Shown: positions 1-10,313, counted from the stretch's first letter. The stretch is DNA of 64,000 bases from Chromatiales bacterium (GCA_026982555.1 JALSGT010000076.1:1309-65308); one strand, 5' to 3'. Translations and numbers: made by a program. Notes: a model not told the origin generated them from the letters alone.

Positions 1-1
1 G

Positions 2-2239
2 GCCTTTGACGAAGAAGGACAGGCTGATACCGAAGCACGCAAAATTGAGATTTGCACACGTTCATACAAGATCCTGACGGACGTTGTTGGCTTCCCGCCG
101 GAAGACATTATTTTTGATCCTAATATTTTTGCCGTAGCCACGGGCATTGAAGAACACAACAACTACGGTGTGGATTTCATTGAGGCCACTCGTAAAATCA
201 AAGCAACTCTGCCTTACGCCAAGGTGTCCGGCGGCGTATCCAATGTCTCGTTCTCATTCCGTGGCAACAACCCGGTACGCGAGGCAATCCATTCGGTATT
301 CCTGTATTACGCCATCAAGGCAGGCATGGACATGGGTATCGTCAACGCTGGCCAGCTTGCTGTATATGATGATTTGCCTGCCGAACTGAAAGAGCGTGTG
401 GAGGATGTGGTCCTTAACCGCCGTGATGATGCCACTGATCGTCTGTTGGAAATTGCTGAACAATACCGTGGCGATGGCGCTATTGCGAAAAAAGAAAATC
501 TCGAATGGCGCGAGTTGCCCGTGGCCAAACGTCTTGAGCATGCGCTGGTGAAAGGTATTGATACCTATGCTGTGGAAGATGCCGAAGAAGCACGCCTGAG
601 TTTTGATCGTCCCATCCACGTTATTGAAGGTCCGTTGATGGATGGCATGAACGTGGTGGGTGACCTGTTCGGCGAAGGCAAAATGTTTTTACCGCAGGTC
701 GTAAAAAGCGCGCGTGTCATGAAAAAAGCGGTGGCCCATCTCATTCCCTTTATCGAGGCCGAAAAAAAAGAAGGCCAAAAAGCCGCAGCCAAAGTGCTGA
801 TGGCAACGGTCAAAGGTGATGTACATGACATCGGCAAGAATATTGTTGGCGTGGTTTTGCAGTGCAACAATATTGAAGTCATCGACATCGGCGTGATGGT
901 GCCCGCACAAAAAATTCTCGATGCCGCGAAAGAACACAACGTGGATATCATCGGTCTTTCCGGTTTGATTACACCGTCGTTAGAAGAAATGTCACACATT
1001 TCCAGCGAAATGCAACGCCTGGGCATGGATATCCCGTTAATGGTGGGTGGTGCCACAACATCCCGCGCGCACACGGCGGTAAAAATCGAGCCTAACTATA
1101 AAAATGGCCCCAGTGTGTGGGTAAAAGATGCCTCGCGCGCCGTGGGCGTCGTGCAAAATCTGATTTCCCCAGAGTTGAAAAAAGACTTTGTTGCCAAACT
1201 AAAAGCGGATTACGTGCAAGTCCGCGAGAGTCACGCCAACCGCCAGCGTGCTATCAAATGGCTGACTCTGGAGCAAGCGCGCGCCAATAAGGCTCAAATT
1301 AACTGGACCGAGTACACGCCCCCTGCTCCCGGGAAAACAGGCATACAGGTATTTGATGATTTCCCGCTGGAAGAACTGCGTGATTACATCGACTGGACAC
1401 CCTTTTTCCATTCATGGGAATTAAAAGGCAGCTACCCGAAAATTTTTGACGATGCGCAAAAAGGTGAAGAAGCTCGCAAACTGTTTGCAGACGCAGAAAG
1501 CATGCTGGATAAAATCATCAGCGAAAAATGGCTGCAAGCAAAAGCCGTGGTGGGCATTTTCCCCGCCAACAGCGTGGATGATGACATCGAAATCTACACC
1601 GACGACTCACGCAGCGAAATTTTGACCGTCTTTTGTAATCTGCGCCAGCAGCAACAAAAAGCCGATGGAAAACCTAACCGCTGCCTTAGTGACTTTATTG
1701 CTCCCAAAGACGGCGGTAAAATTGACTACCTTGGCGGCTTTGCTGTTACTGCCGGTATTGGCATCGACGAACATATCGCCGAATTTGAAAAAAATCACGA
1801 TGACTACCACGCCATTATGATTAAGGCTCTGGCCGACCGCCTTGCCGAAGCCTTTGCCGAACGCATGCACGAAAAAGTACGCCAGGAAATCTGGGCGTAC
1901 AATACTGAGCGGCTCAATAAAGAACAACTCATCAAAGAGCAATATAAAGGCATACGGCCTGCCGCCGGTTATCCCACTTCTCCTGATCACACCGAAAAAG
2001 ACAACTTGTGGACACTGCTCGACGTACAAAAAAATACCGGCATCTGGCTTACCGAAGCCAAAGCCATGGTGCCCACTGCGGCAGTCAGTGGCCTGTATTT
2101 TGCGCACCCGGAATCCTGTTATTTTGCTGTGGGCAAAATCAACCAGGATCAGGTGGCCGACTATGCCAAACGCAAGAAAATGGATTTGCAGGATGCGGAA
2201 TACTGGCTGGCACCCAATCTGGGTTACAACAAAGCCTGA
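2..2239 (+). CDS. metH: Cobalamin-dependent methionine synthase, C-terminal ~745 aa (5' end outside window)
   Basis: The frame is open from the window start ([50 protein letters not shown]). It has the B12-binding motif [10 protein letters not shown] and GLSGLITPS, plus a C-terminal AdoMet-activation domain. It is colinear with E. coli MetH from memory. Confidence 0.95.
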   Translation, partial: AFDEEGQADTEARKIEICTRSYKILTDVVGFPPEDIIFDPNIFAVATGIEEHNNYGVDFIEATRKIKATLPYAKVSGGVSNVSFSFRGNNPVREAIHSVFLYYAIKAGMDMGIVNAGQLAVYDDLPAELKERVEDVVLNRRDDATDRLLEIAEQYRGDGAIAKKENLEWRELPVAKRLEHALVKGIDTYAVEDAEEARLSFDRPIHVIEGPLMDGMNVVGDLFGEGKMFLPQVVKSARVMKKAVAHLIPFIEAEKKEGQKAAAKVLMATVKGDVHDIGKNIVGVVLQCNNIEVIDIGVMVPAQKILDAAKEHNVDIIGLSGLITPSLEEMSHISSEMQRLGMDIPLMVGGATTSRAHTAVKIEPNYKNGPSVWVKDASRAVGVVQNLISPELKKDFVAKLKADYVQVRESHANRQRAIKWLTLEQARANKAQINWTEYTPPAPGKTGIQVFDDFPLEELRDYIDWTPFFHSWELKGSYPKIFDDAQKGEEARKLFADAESMLDKIISEKWLQAKAVVGIFPANSVDDDIEIYTDDSRSEILTVFCNLRQQQQKADGKPNRCLSDFIAPKDGGKIDYLGGFAVTAGIGIDEHIAEFEKNHDDYHAIMIKALADRLAEAFAERMHEKVRQEIWAYNTERLNKEQLIKEQYKGIRPAAGYPTSPDHTEKDNLWTLLDVQKNTGIWLTEAKAMVPTAAVSGLYFAHPESCYFAVGKINQDQVADYAKRKKMDLQDAEYWLAPNLGYNKA

Positions 2240-2302
2240 TTGTTCCATCTGGTTCAGCAGCTTGCATGTGAATTAAGCGCCAAATTATTCTGCCAGGGGG
2301 GG

Positions 2303-2369
2303 TATAGCCGTCAGGCTAAGCCGGGCTGGGTGGAACCGCTGCGCTTGTTCCACCCTACCGTTTTACTCT
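2303..2369 (+). repeat. 67-nt REP-like hairpin element, copy 1 (copy 2 at 58048..58114); may also terminate metH
   Basis: About 58/67 positions are identical to 58048..58114 by manual alignment. The core hairpin is GGGTGGAAC-N10-GTTCCACCC, followed by TACCGTTTTACTCT. Confidence 0.7.
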
Positions 2370-2444
2370 ATGCGTTTGCCACCGAAGTTTTATAATTGTA
2401 AAGGAGCGCTGCTTAATAGTTGCTTGGTCGGCCAAAATAAGTGT

Positions 2445-4520
2445 TCATTTCTTAACTTGATGACGTTCCAGTCGTTTCTCCCGCCGCAAGGCCCACAATG
2501 CGGCATATTTATTAAAGGCGCCTTGTGCATAGGTCACTGCCACCACAAACCCCACCGGCCCGTCCAAAAAACCTAACCGTATAAAGTAGATCAAAATAAA
2601 ATTCCATAATGAGCGAAGCGCAGCGATGGGCAGACCTCCACCCCATTTGCCCGCCGCAAATCGTTTTTGCCCGCCCAGCCAGGCATATTTGGCACTTTTT
2701 TGCAGGGCGTGTCCATAGTGGCGATGGGTGTAGTGATACAAGCGGCCTTCGAGTGTGCCTTTTTTACCCGGTGCCAGCACTACATGTTCATGCACTTGTG
2801 CATCGGTAAAACGTGCGCCTTCGCGTTTGAACAAACGTCGTGGTGCGCGGGCGCTGCGGCCAAAGTCCATGCGATGTCCGTAGACCATGACGGCCCAGGG
2901 TGTACGATAACCGACACATTCAGGATTGTCCGTTAATGCGGCATCAATGTCATGACGCAACTCGGGGGAAACACGCTCATCAGCATCAATGGAAAGCACC
3001 CAGTCACAGCTGGCCTTTTCCAGAGCGCGTTGTTTTTGTGGGCCATAACCGGGCCAGTCGGTTTCAAATACCTTGTCGGTATAACGTCGGGCAATGTCTA
3101 CGGTGTTGTCGGAGGAACCACTGTCCAATACGATAATTTCATCCGCCCAGTTGGCGACGGATTGCAAACAGGGTTCAATGCGGTCAGCTTCATCCTGGGC
3201 GATGATGGTGACTGACAGACGTTGTTTACGTTCAACCGGTTCGCTGCGTGCCCTGCGTGATTGCGTGTAAATAGCCGCGAAAATCACGGCCAGATAAAAC
3301 GCAAAGAAACTCACCGGGCGCACCCGTTCCAGAATCGCTTCGGAAAAACCAAAACTCATGTAGGCGATGATCAGCAATAATCCAGCCAGTGCGAGACGTT
3401 GTGTGTCCGGTGTTTTACCTCGCCGGATAATATTCATCAGTAATGTGGCGGGTATCAGAAATAGCAGCAAAATAGCCACGAAAGCGACGCTGCCTCCACC
3501 CACCATGGCGGCAAAAAACTGATTATGTGGATGCCCCCATGTGGCTGCGGAGCGATGGCGTAACCCCGCGTCCACCAGTGTCTGCGCATTTTTTTTATAG
3601 TGTCCCCAGCCTATGCCGAGCAGAGGATTATCCCAATAAATCCGCCATGCTGCCTGCCACATTTCCAGGCGGGTGCCGACCGAACTGGCGCGCGTGCCAT
3701 CCTTGATATCACTTTGAAAATAGGCACTGAGATTATCGGTGGTACGTGTCACGGTTTTCTGCACGCCTGTGGCAGGAATAAAATAGGCTGCTGCCACGGT
3801 AATCAACAGCACGCCCACTGCCGCCCAACGCTGCCACACGGGAATACGGGCGCGGGCATACCAGGCGAAGACCAGAACCAAAAAAGGAATCGCCAGCCAA
3901 CCGCCGCGGGCATGGGAAAGTACGCTGGCCAGCAAACCCAGTAAGACGGCAAGCAGAGGAAGAATGACCTGCCAGCGGGCGCGTTCTCGAAACCAGCCTG
4001 CACCTGCCAGGGTCATTACCCCCATAGCCAGAGCCAGATCACCAAAGATAATGGGATGAGTAATGCCTCGTGCCCGCCCGATATTCACTGGCCCCCATAT
4101 CTGATATATGGCGATTCCAGCGGCAACCATGGAGCCCGCCAGCAAGCCGTACCAGAATGCAGCGAGACTCACACCGACGCGGCGTAAAAACACATAGGCC
4201 GGAATGACCAGTAGCAAGCGTGCAAACTTGCTGAGTTTTTTAACGCCGGCATCATCGATGCCACCCAGCAGAGTGGTCAGCAAGGCCGCCAGAAAAAAGA
4301 AACTCACGGCAAAATACAGCAGTTTTTCTTCACGGGTCGCCTGGACGCTGCCTCGCTGTTGCCAGGCAATGCCAAGCCCGGCCAGTGCAAGCAACCCGAG
4401 GCCAAGTCCGTCAGCAGGCCGCAGCACCAGTATTAATGCGGGAAACAAAAACACCACGGCGGCGGCAAAACCGTGTGCTATTTTGGAGGGTGCTGCCTGT
4501 GTTATGAGGTTGTCAGTCAC
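2445..4520 (-). CDS. Fusion protein: N-terminal O-antigen ligase-like (WaaL/Wzy_C) polytopic membrane domain plus C-terminal family-2 glycosyltransferase (KdtX/WaaE-like)
   Basis: Residues 1 to ~440 are multi-TM with SHARGGWL, GIGWGHY and HPHNQFF motifs typical of O-antigen ligases. Residues ~455-691 match GT2 (SVTIIAQDEADRIEPCL..IIVLDSGSSDNT..SIDADE). The gene sits next to ilvE-glnE, where Pseudomonas has its LPS core genes. Confidence 0.75.
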   Translation of the reverse strand: MTDNLITQAAPSKIAHGFAAAVVFLFPALILVLRPADGLGLGLLALAGLGIAWQQRGSVQATREEKLLYFAVSFFFLAALLTTLLGGIDDAGVKKLSKFARLLLVIPAYVFLRRVGVSLAAFWYGLLAGSMVAAGIAIYQIWGPVNIGRARGITHPIIFGDLALAMGVMTLAGAGWFRERARWQVILPLLAVLLGLLASVLSHARGGWLAIPFLVLVFAWYARARIPVWQRWAAVGVLLITVAAAYFIPATGVQKTVTRTTDNLSAYFQSDIKDGTRASSVGTRLEMWQAAWRIYWDNPLLGIGWGHYKKNAQTLVDAGLRHRSAATWGHPHNQFFAAMVGGGSVAFVAILLLFLIPATLLMNIIRRGKTPDTQRLALAGLLLIIAYMSFGFSEAILERVRPVSFFAFYLAVIFAAIYTQSRRARSEPVERKQRLSVTIIAQDEADRIEPCLQSVANWADEIIVLDSGSSDNTVDIARRYTDKVFETDWPGYGPQKQRALEKASCDWVLSIDADERVSPELRHDIDAALTDNPECVGYRTPWAVMVYGHRMDFGRSARAPRRLFKREGARFTDAQVHEHVVLAPGKKGTLEGRLYHYTHRHYGHALQKSAKYAWLGGQKRFAAGKWGGGLPIAALRSLWNFILIYFIRLGFLDGPVGFVVAVTYAQGAFNKYAALWALRREKRLERHQVKK

Positions 4521-4579
4521 AGAAAGCCGTGGTCAGTGTGTCCGCAAAAAGTAAAAGTGATGCTCACAGAAAAGGGTGC

Positions 4580-4801
4580 TTAATCTTTCAGTGTATAATC
4601 TGCACCGCAATACGGGCATTTGGCTTTTCCGGTTTTTTCGATAGGCAGATACACTTTGGGATGCGAATTCCACAGGCTCATGCCATCCATGGGGCAGTGC
4701 AAGGGCAAGTCCGCATGGCTCACTTCGTAGTGATTTTCTGCGTTGGGCTGAATTTCAGTGCTGCTTTGTGTTTGGCTCATATTTCTTTCCCTTTTCGACA
4801 A
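4580..4801 (-). CDS. Small zinc-finger (CHCC-type, NDUFS6-like) protein
   Basis: HCP..GKAKCPYCG Zn-ribbon-like motif in a 73-aa ORF. The start could be the internal Met at codon 8. Confidence 0.55.
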   Translation of the reverse strand: MSKRERNMSQTQSSTEIQPNAENHYEVSHADLPLHCPMDGMSLWNSHPKVYLPIEKTGKAKCPYCGADYTLKD

Positions 4802-4816
4802 AATTCACTGCGACAG

Positions 4817-5743
4817 TTATGTCACCGGTGTTAACCAGTCCTGATGATCCGGGTGCCGGCCATGTACCACGTCAAAATACAATGTTTGTAATTTTTCGGT
4901 CATCGGGCCACGGCCACCATTGCCAATTTCACGGCGGTCCAGCTCACGAATCGGTGTGACTTCTGCGGCTGTACCGGTAAAAAAGGCTTCATCAGCTACG
5001 TAGACTTCATCACGGGTAATGCGTTTTTCACGCACTTCATAACCCAGTTCGGCGGCCAACACTAAAATTGTCTCACGGGTGATGCCTTCCAGTGCGGAGG
5101 TCAATTCCGGTGTGTAAATCACGCCGTTGCGCACCATAAAAAAATTCTCGCCACTGCCTTCAGCGACAAAACCGTCCACATCCAGCAGCAAGGCTTCGTC
5201 GTAACCATCTGTCATTGCTTCTTGTAAGGCCATGATGGAATTAATGTAATTACCGTTAGACTTGGCTTTGCACATGGTGACGTTCACATGGTGCCGGGTG
5301 AAGGACGAGGTTTTTATGCGAATACCTTTTTCCATGCCTTCGGCACCCAGATATGATCCCCACTCCCACGCGGCAACCATAACGTGGGTTTGCAAATTAT
5401 CGGCACGCAGGCCCATGCCTTCGGAGCCATAAAAACACATAGGGCGCAGATAACCGCTATCGAGTTTGTTTTCGCGCACGGCGGCGCGCTGTGCTGCGTT
5501 CAGTGTCTCTTTATCAAAAGGCATGCTCATGCCCAGAATTTTCGCCGAGCGAAACAAGCGGTCGGTATGTTCCTGCAAACGAAAAATGGCCGGTCCTTTG
5601 CTGTCGGTATTGTAGGCGCGTACACCTTCAAACACGCCCATGCCGTAATGCAGGGTGTGGGTAAGCACATGCACTTTGGCGTCACACCAAGGCACCAGTT
5701 CACCATCCATCCAGATGACGCCATCGCGATCATCCATCGACAT
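4817..5743 (-). CDS. ilvE: Branched-chain amino acid aminotransferase
   Basis: 308 aa with class IV aminotransferase motifs (GVFEGVRAY, EGSGENFF, LEGITR). Confidence 0.93.
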   Translation of the reverse strand: MSMDDRDGVIWMDGELVPWCDAKVHVLTHTLHYGMGVFEGVRAYNTDSKGPAIFRLQEHTDRLFRSAKILGMSMPFDKETLNAAQRAAVRENKLDSGYLRPMCFYGSEGMGLRADNLQTHVMVAAWEWGSYLGAEGMEKGIRIKTSSFTRHHVNVTMCKAKSNGNYINSIMALQEAMTDGYDEALLLDVDGFVAEGSGENFFMVRNGVIYTPELTSALEGITRETILVLAAELGYEVREKRITRDEVYVADEAFFTGTAAEVTPIRELDRREIGNGGRGPMTEKLQTLYFDVVHGRHPDHQDWLTPVT

Positions 5744-5814
5744 ACTGCTTTCTCCTGTTTATTTTCATGTGCTTCTGTTTGTTCTCTAATGTTGTTTAAA
5801 AAATATACGCCCGG

Positions 5815-8763
5815 TTAATCGGTATTTTTCAACCATTTGTGCCAGAGGTGTTTTACCGTGTTGCGCTCTGCTGTAAACCGTTTGTCTGCCACCACCGCAG
5901 GTAATTCCTGCAAAGCAAGCCGATGTACTTCCATCCGGTAGCGTCGATAAATATCAGCCAGGTGGTGTGCGTCTGCGGAGGACATCAGCGCCTGTCTGGC
6001 AAAGCCGTCCAGTACTCGAACGTTGTCCGTAAATTCGCTCAATGCAGGATAATGACGTGCCCAGTTCAAAACCCCGAATTGAACCATAAATTCGATATCA
6101 GCGATACCGCCATGGCCCTGTTTAAGGTCAAATTTACCCTTGCGCGTACGATCCAGTGATTTACGCATACGTTCGCGCATATCAATAATGTCTTTTTTAA
6201 GCGGTATCACATCTCGTGGTAAAGCGAGTATTTCCTGGCGCAAACCATCAAAAGCCTGTTTCAATGACAGATCACCCGCGACCACTCGGGCTCGCACCAG
6301 TGCCTGATGTTCCCAGGTCCACGCCTTGTGATGCTGATATTCGCTGAAACTGCTCAAGCTGGTGACCAGTAGACCGGATGCGCCGCTGGGGCGCAGGCGC
6401 ATATCGGTGTCATAAAGCACGCCCGCCGGGGTATGGGCCGTGAGGATGTGGATAATGCGTTGTCCCAGTCGGGCGTAAAACACATTGTCTGCCACCGGCC
6501 TGGGGCCATGAGTAACTGCCATCTGGTTTTCAGCCTGATGCACAAACACCAGGTCCAGGTCTGAGCCGTAACCCAGCTCGATACCGCCCAGTTTGCCGTA
6601 AGCGACAATGGCAAATCCTTTTTCACCCTTTTTCCGGTTAGACAGACAGGCCGGTCGCCCATGGCGTGTCAGCAAATATTTCCATGCCAGCTCCAATGTT
6701 GCCTGCAATATCAGCTCGGCAATAGTGGTCAGCTGGTCGCTGACCTGCATCAGTGGCACAGCGTCCATTACGTCTGCTGTCGCAACGCGCAATACACTTA
6801 CTTGCTTGAATTGTCGCAGGCTGTCCATGGCCTGTTCCAGGTCTTCGGCGGGTATCTGTTTGAGACGGTGTTGCAGTTCGGTTGTTAATTCGGCTCGATC
6901 CGGTGGACTGTAGAGACTGCGGGGGTCGAGTAGCTCGTCCAGCAACAGTGGGTGATGGGCCAGTTGTTGTGCGATCCAGGGACTGGCTGCGCACAAGCGC
7001 ACTAATTGTGACAGCGCCATAGGGTGCTCACTCAACAGAGCCAGATAGGCGCTGCGCCGGGCAACGGCTTCCACCAGTGTCAGTAAACGTTGTAACACAA
7101 TATGCGGTGAATCAGGCCGGGGCTCCAGTGCTACCACTGCACCCAGCAACAAGGGCATCAGCCTGTCCATGCGTGTGCGGCCAATACGTGACAAAGACTG
7201 ATAATCCCGGGCTGATTTAAGTGCCTGCAAACGTGACCAACTGGCGGCAGGCTGGTCATAGCCTATTTGTTGCAACAGGGCGATGGCCTCATCTTCCTCC
7301 GGGTTGCCCAGCCAGAGTGTGCTCAAACCTGAGCTGTCTGTATCGGCATGGTGCGTTTGCGGTGACTCAAACACCTGTTCAAAATGGTTATGCACCCGGG
7401 TCATGTGGCCGCGCAATACGGGCAAAAACTCGTCCCAGTGATCGAAGCCCATGGCAAAAGCCAGACGCTGTTGGTCCACATCTTTATCCGGTAATTGATG
7501 TGTCTGTTGGTCCTGATATTCCTGCAAGCGATGCTCGGTATTACGCAAAAATTCGTAAGCTGCCAGTAGTTGTTCCACCACATAGTCCGGTAGATGTTGC
7601 TGCTCTTTTAGCCAGGTCAGCACGCCTTGAATATCACGTTGTTGCAGTGCCGGCTCACGTCCGCCACGCACCAGTTGAAAAGCCTGGCCAATAAATTCCA
7701 CTTCACGGATGCCCCCCGCGCCCAGCTTGACGTGATTGTTCATGTTTTTACGTCGCACTTCGGCGGCGACCATTGTTTTCATTTCACGCAATGCCTCGAA
7801 AGCACCGTAATCCAGATAGCGCCGAAATACGAAGGGCCGTAAAATAGTAAACAGCTGCTCACCGGCCGTTGCATCACCCGCAACAGTACGTGCCTTGATC
7901 AGCGCGTAACGCTCCCAGTCCCGTCCGTGTGACTGATAATAATGTTCCAGTGCCGCAAAGCTGCATACCAGCGCACCGCTCTGGCCAAAAGGCCGTAGAC
8001 GCATGTCCACCCGAAAGACAAAACCATCTGCCGTGTTTTCATCCAGTACACGTACCAGTTGTTGGCCAAGACGAGTGAAAAATTGCTCGTTGCTAACATT
8101 CCGAGAAGCTCCCCCGGTTGTGTTTCCTGCCTCGGGATAAACAAAAATCAAATCCACATCAGAAGAAAAATTCAGCTCACCTGCCCCCAGTTTGCCCATG
8201 CCTAACACCAGCAGCTGTTGAGTTTCACCGTTTTGGTTTTGCGGCTCACCCCATTCTGCAATCAGCGCAGTTTGCAGCCACGCCAGTGCTCCCCGGATGC
8301 AGGCGTCGGCCAGTGCAGAAATATCACCCATGGTTTCATTAAGGTCTGCCTGGGCATTACCAGGGGAAATATCCCGCCAGGCGATGCGTACCATCTCGCG
8401 TTGGCGCACATGACGTAGTTGCCGGGCCAGAGATTCGGTATCAACCACACCCTGCAAAGCCGTTTGTACATGTTGCTCCATTTCGTCCGTTGCATAACGG
8501 CGGTGTAAGTCACCACTGTTCAGTAAGTCCAGTAACAATAAGGGTTGGCGCACACAGCGTTGGGCAACAAATTCGCTACAGGCCCAGACGCTGCACAATT
8601 CGCTAAGCAGTTCGTTATTCCAAACTGGGGGAGCGACTTCCTTTTCTGCCGTTATCGCGGTCAAAAAATCGGTCCACTGGTATTGCACAGTTTCCCGTAA
8701 AACCACGGGCAGCGGCTCTAAAGCAACAGCAAGATCAGACAGGTTGTGGGGCTTTTTTGTCAC
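5815..8763 (-). CDS. glnE: Bifunctional glutamine synthetase adenylyltransferase/adenylyl-removing enzyme
   Basis: Two nucleotidyltransferase repeats (GKLGAGELNFSSDVDLIF and GKLGGIELGYGSDLDLVF). The ORF-track start at 8877 reads through the MITE at 8806..8967, so I prefer the GTG at 8763. The start remains uncertain. Confidence 0.9.
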   Translation of the reverse strand: MTKKPHNLSDLAVALEPLPVVLRETVQYQWTDFLTAITAEKEVAPPVWNNELLSELCSVWACSEFVAQRCVRQPLLLLDLLNSGDLHRRYATDEMEQHVQTALQGVVDTESLARQLRHVRQREMVRIAWRDISPGNAQADLNETMGDISALADACIRGALAWLQTALIAEWGEPQNQNGETQQLLVLGMGKLGAGELNFSSDVDLIFVYPEAGNTTGGASRNVSNEQFFTRLGQQLVRVLDENTADGFVFRVDMRLRPFGQSGALVCSFAALEHYYQSHGRDWERYALIKARTVAGDATAGEQLFTILRPFVFRRYLDYGAFEALREMKTMVAAEVRRKNMNNHVKLGAGGIREVEFIGQAFQLVRGGREPALQQRDIQGVLTWLKEQQHLPDYVVEQLLAAYEFLRNTEHRLQEYQDQQTHQLPDKDVDQQRLAFAMGFDHWDEFLPVLRGHMTRVHNHFEQVFESPQTHHADTDSSGLSTLWLGNPEEDEAIALLQQIGYDQPAASWSRLQALKSARDYQSLSRIGRTRMDRLMPLLLGAVVALEPRPDSPHIVLQRLLTLVEAVARRSAYLALLSEHPMALSQLVRLCAASPWIAQQLAHHPLLLDELLDPRSLYSPPDRAELTTELQHRLKQIPAEDLEQAMDSLRQFKQVSVLRVATADVMDAVPLMQVSDQLTTIAELILQATLELAWKYLLTRHGRPACLSNRKKGEKGFAIVAYGKLGGIELGYGSDLDLVFVHQAENQMAVTHGPRPVADNVFYARLGQRIIHILTAHTPAGVLYDTDMRLRPSGASGLLVTSLSSFSEYQHHKAWTWEHQALVRARVVAGDLSLKQAFDGLRQEILALPRDVIPLKKDIIDMRERMRKSLDRTRKGKFDLKQGHGGIADIEFMVQFGVLNWARHYPALSEFTDNVRVLDGFARQALMSSADAHHLADIYRRYRMEVHRLALQELPAVVADKRFTAERNTVKHLWHKWLKNTD

Positions 8764-8805
8764 AGCAAATCTCTCGTTTACACAGTTGGTGGAAGCTTTC
8801 TTAAA

Positions 8806-8967
8806 CCTAAATTCCGCAGCTGACCGCTTAGAGGGTGTAATAACACATTGCTTTTTGTGTCTGGCCGCGTTGCGCATCGTCGCAATAGCGGGCTATTACT
8901 CCTCATCGTACTTTGCCAGCCATCAAACTCAACGCACTCTACCGGCTATTCAACTACGGATTTTAGG
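8806..8967. mobile_element. MITE copy (162 bp), inverted relative to the 39241..39474 copy
   Basis: The termini are CCTAAATTCCGCAGCTGA and TCAACTACGGATTTTAGG (15/18 inverted). The interior aligns with 39241..39474. It is flanked by TTAAA on both sides. Confidence 0.75.
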
Positions 8968-9055
8968 TTAAAGAATGACCTTGCGTAACCGATACCAAAG
9001 TGACAATCCCATATGCTTTTTATGTCAAGCCAACGCCTTTCGGAGCAGGACATCG

Positions 9056-10219
9056 ATGGAAATATCTGATTACCTCAAACTCATGGTCAAGTATGAAGCC
9101 TCTGATCTGTATTTCACAGTCGGTGCGCCGGTGAGCGCTAAAATTCACGGTATTCTCAAACCGCTGGAAAAAACCACATTGCCCGCTGGCCGTGTCAAAG
9201 CACTGGCCTATGAGTTGATGAGCGAGGAACAGATCGCCCAGTTTGAACTGAAACCGGAAATGAATCTGGCTCATTCACTCCCCGGTATTGGTCGTTTCCG
9301 GGTTAACGTATTCAAACAACGTAATCAGGCGGCAATGGTGGTTCGTCATATCAAGACCCAGATTCCCAGCGCGCAGGAATTGGGTCTGCCGCCTATTTTA
9401 CAGAAAATCATCATGCAAAAACGTGGATTGGTATTGTTTATCGGCGGTACAGGCTCAGGCAAATCCACATCACTGGCGGCATTGATTGATGCACGTAATA
9501 CCAATACCTCAGGTCACATTATCACCATCGAAGATCCCATCGAGTTTATTCATAACCACAAAAAGTCCATCGTCAATCAGCGCGAAGTGGGGTTGGATAC
9601 AGACTGCTACGAAGATGCGCTGAAAAATACCTTGCGTCAGGCACCGGACGTGATCCTCATCGGCGAAGTGCGTGACCGTGAGACCATGGAACACTGCATT
9701 GCTTTTGCTGAAACCGGACACCTGGCCATTTCCACGCTGCATGCCAATAACTCCAATCAGGCCTTGGATCGCATTATCAACTTTTTTCCGGAAGACCGGC
9801 GTAACCAATTACTCATGGATTTGTCACTCAACGTGCGTGCATTTATTTCCCAGCGTCTGATTCCCACTCTGGATGGTAAACGCGCTGTAGCTGTGGAAGT
9901 CATGCTGGGTACGCCGTTGATTCAGGATTTGATCCTCAAGGGCGATATCCACGGTATTCGTGACATTATGGAAAAATCCACCAACCTGGGTATGCAGACC
10001 TTTGATCAGGCCATCTTCAAACTTTACAAAGAGGGTGTGATCAGCATCGAAGAAGCGTTGCGTAATGCCGATTCACAAAATAATTTGCGTTTGAAAATCA
10101 GCTTGTCGGAAGGTTCCGTGGCAGTGGATGAAAATATGAAAATCGAGGTTGATCCGGATGATGTTAACGCCGTGGCAGGCAGTAAAGGTGGCTTGAATCT
10201 GACAATAGAGCCCAGGTAG
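9056..10219 (+). CDS. pilU: Type IV pilus retraction-type ATPase, PilU-like
   Basis: Walker A GGTGSGKST, plus RQAPDVILIGEVRDRETMEHCIAFAETGH, LHANNSNQALDRI and a C-terminal ADSQNNLRL, which match PilU rather than PilT. The start is taken at MEISDYL (9056) rather than the ORF-track 8975. Confidence 0.85.
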   Translation: MEISDYLKLMVKYEASDLYFTVGAPVSAKIHGILKPLEKTTLPAGRVKALAYELMSEEQIAQFELKPEMNLAHSLPGIGRFRVNVFKQRNQAAMVVRHIKTQIPSAQELGLPPILQKIIMQKRGLVLFIGGTGSGKSTSLAALIDARNTNTSGHIITIEDPIEFIHNHKKSIVNQREVGLDTDCYEDALKNTLRQAPDVILIGEVRDRETMEHCIAFAETGHLAISTLHANNSNQALDRIINFFPEDRRNQLLMDLSLNVRAFISQRLIPTLDGKRAVAVEVMLGTPLIQDLILKGDIHGIRDIMEKSTNLGMQTFDQAIFKLYKEGVISIEEALRNADSQNNLRLKISLSEGSVAVDENMKIEVDPDDVNAVAGSKGGLNLTIEPR

Positions 10220-10313
10220 GGCGGGCACGTAATTTGTGTCCACGCGGTGATTTCCGGTTTGTGCGGGCCAAAATGATTTTCCCGTGCTACGGTTTTCCAG
10301 CCCCGACAGGTAC

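Noticed and set aside
1607-2248. 213-aa minus-strand ORF opposite the metH 3' end
   Set aside because: It is a shadow ORF of metH with no independent support.
8764-8877. N-terminal 38 codons of the long glnE ORF
   Set aside because: These codons run into the MITE copy, and the same peptide motif appears in spurious ORFs at the other copies. The start was moved to the GTG at 8763 with stated uncertainty.
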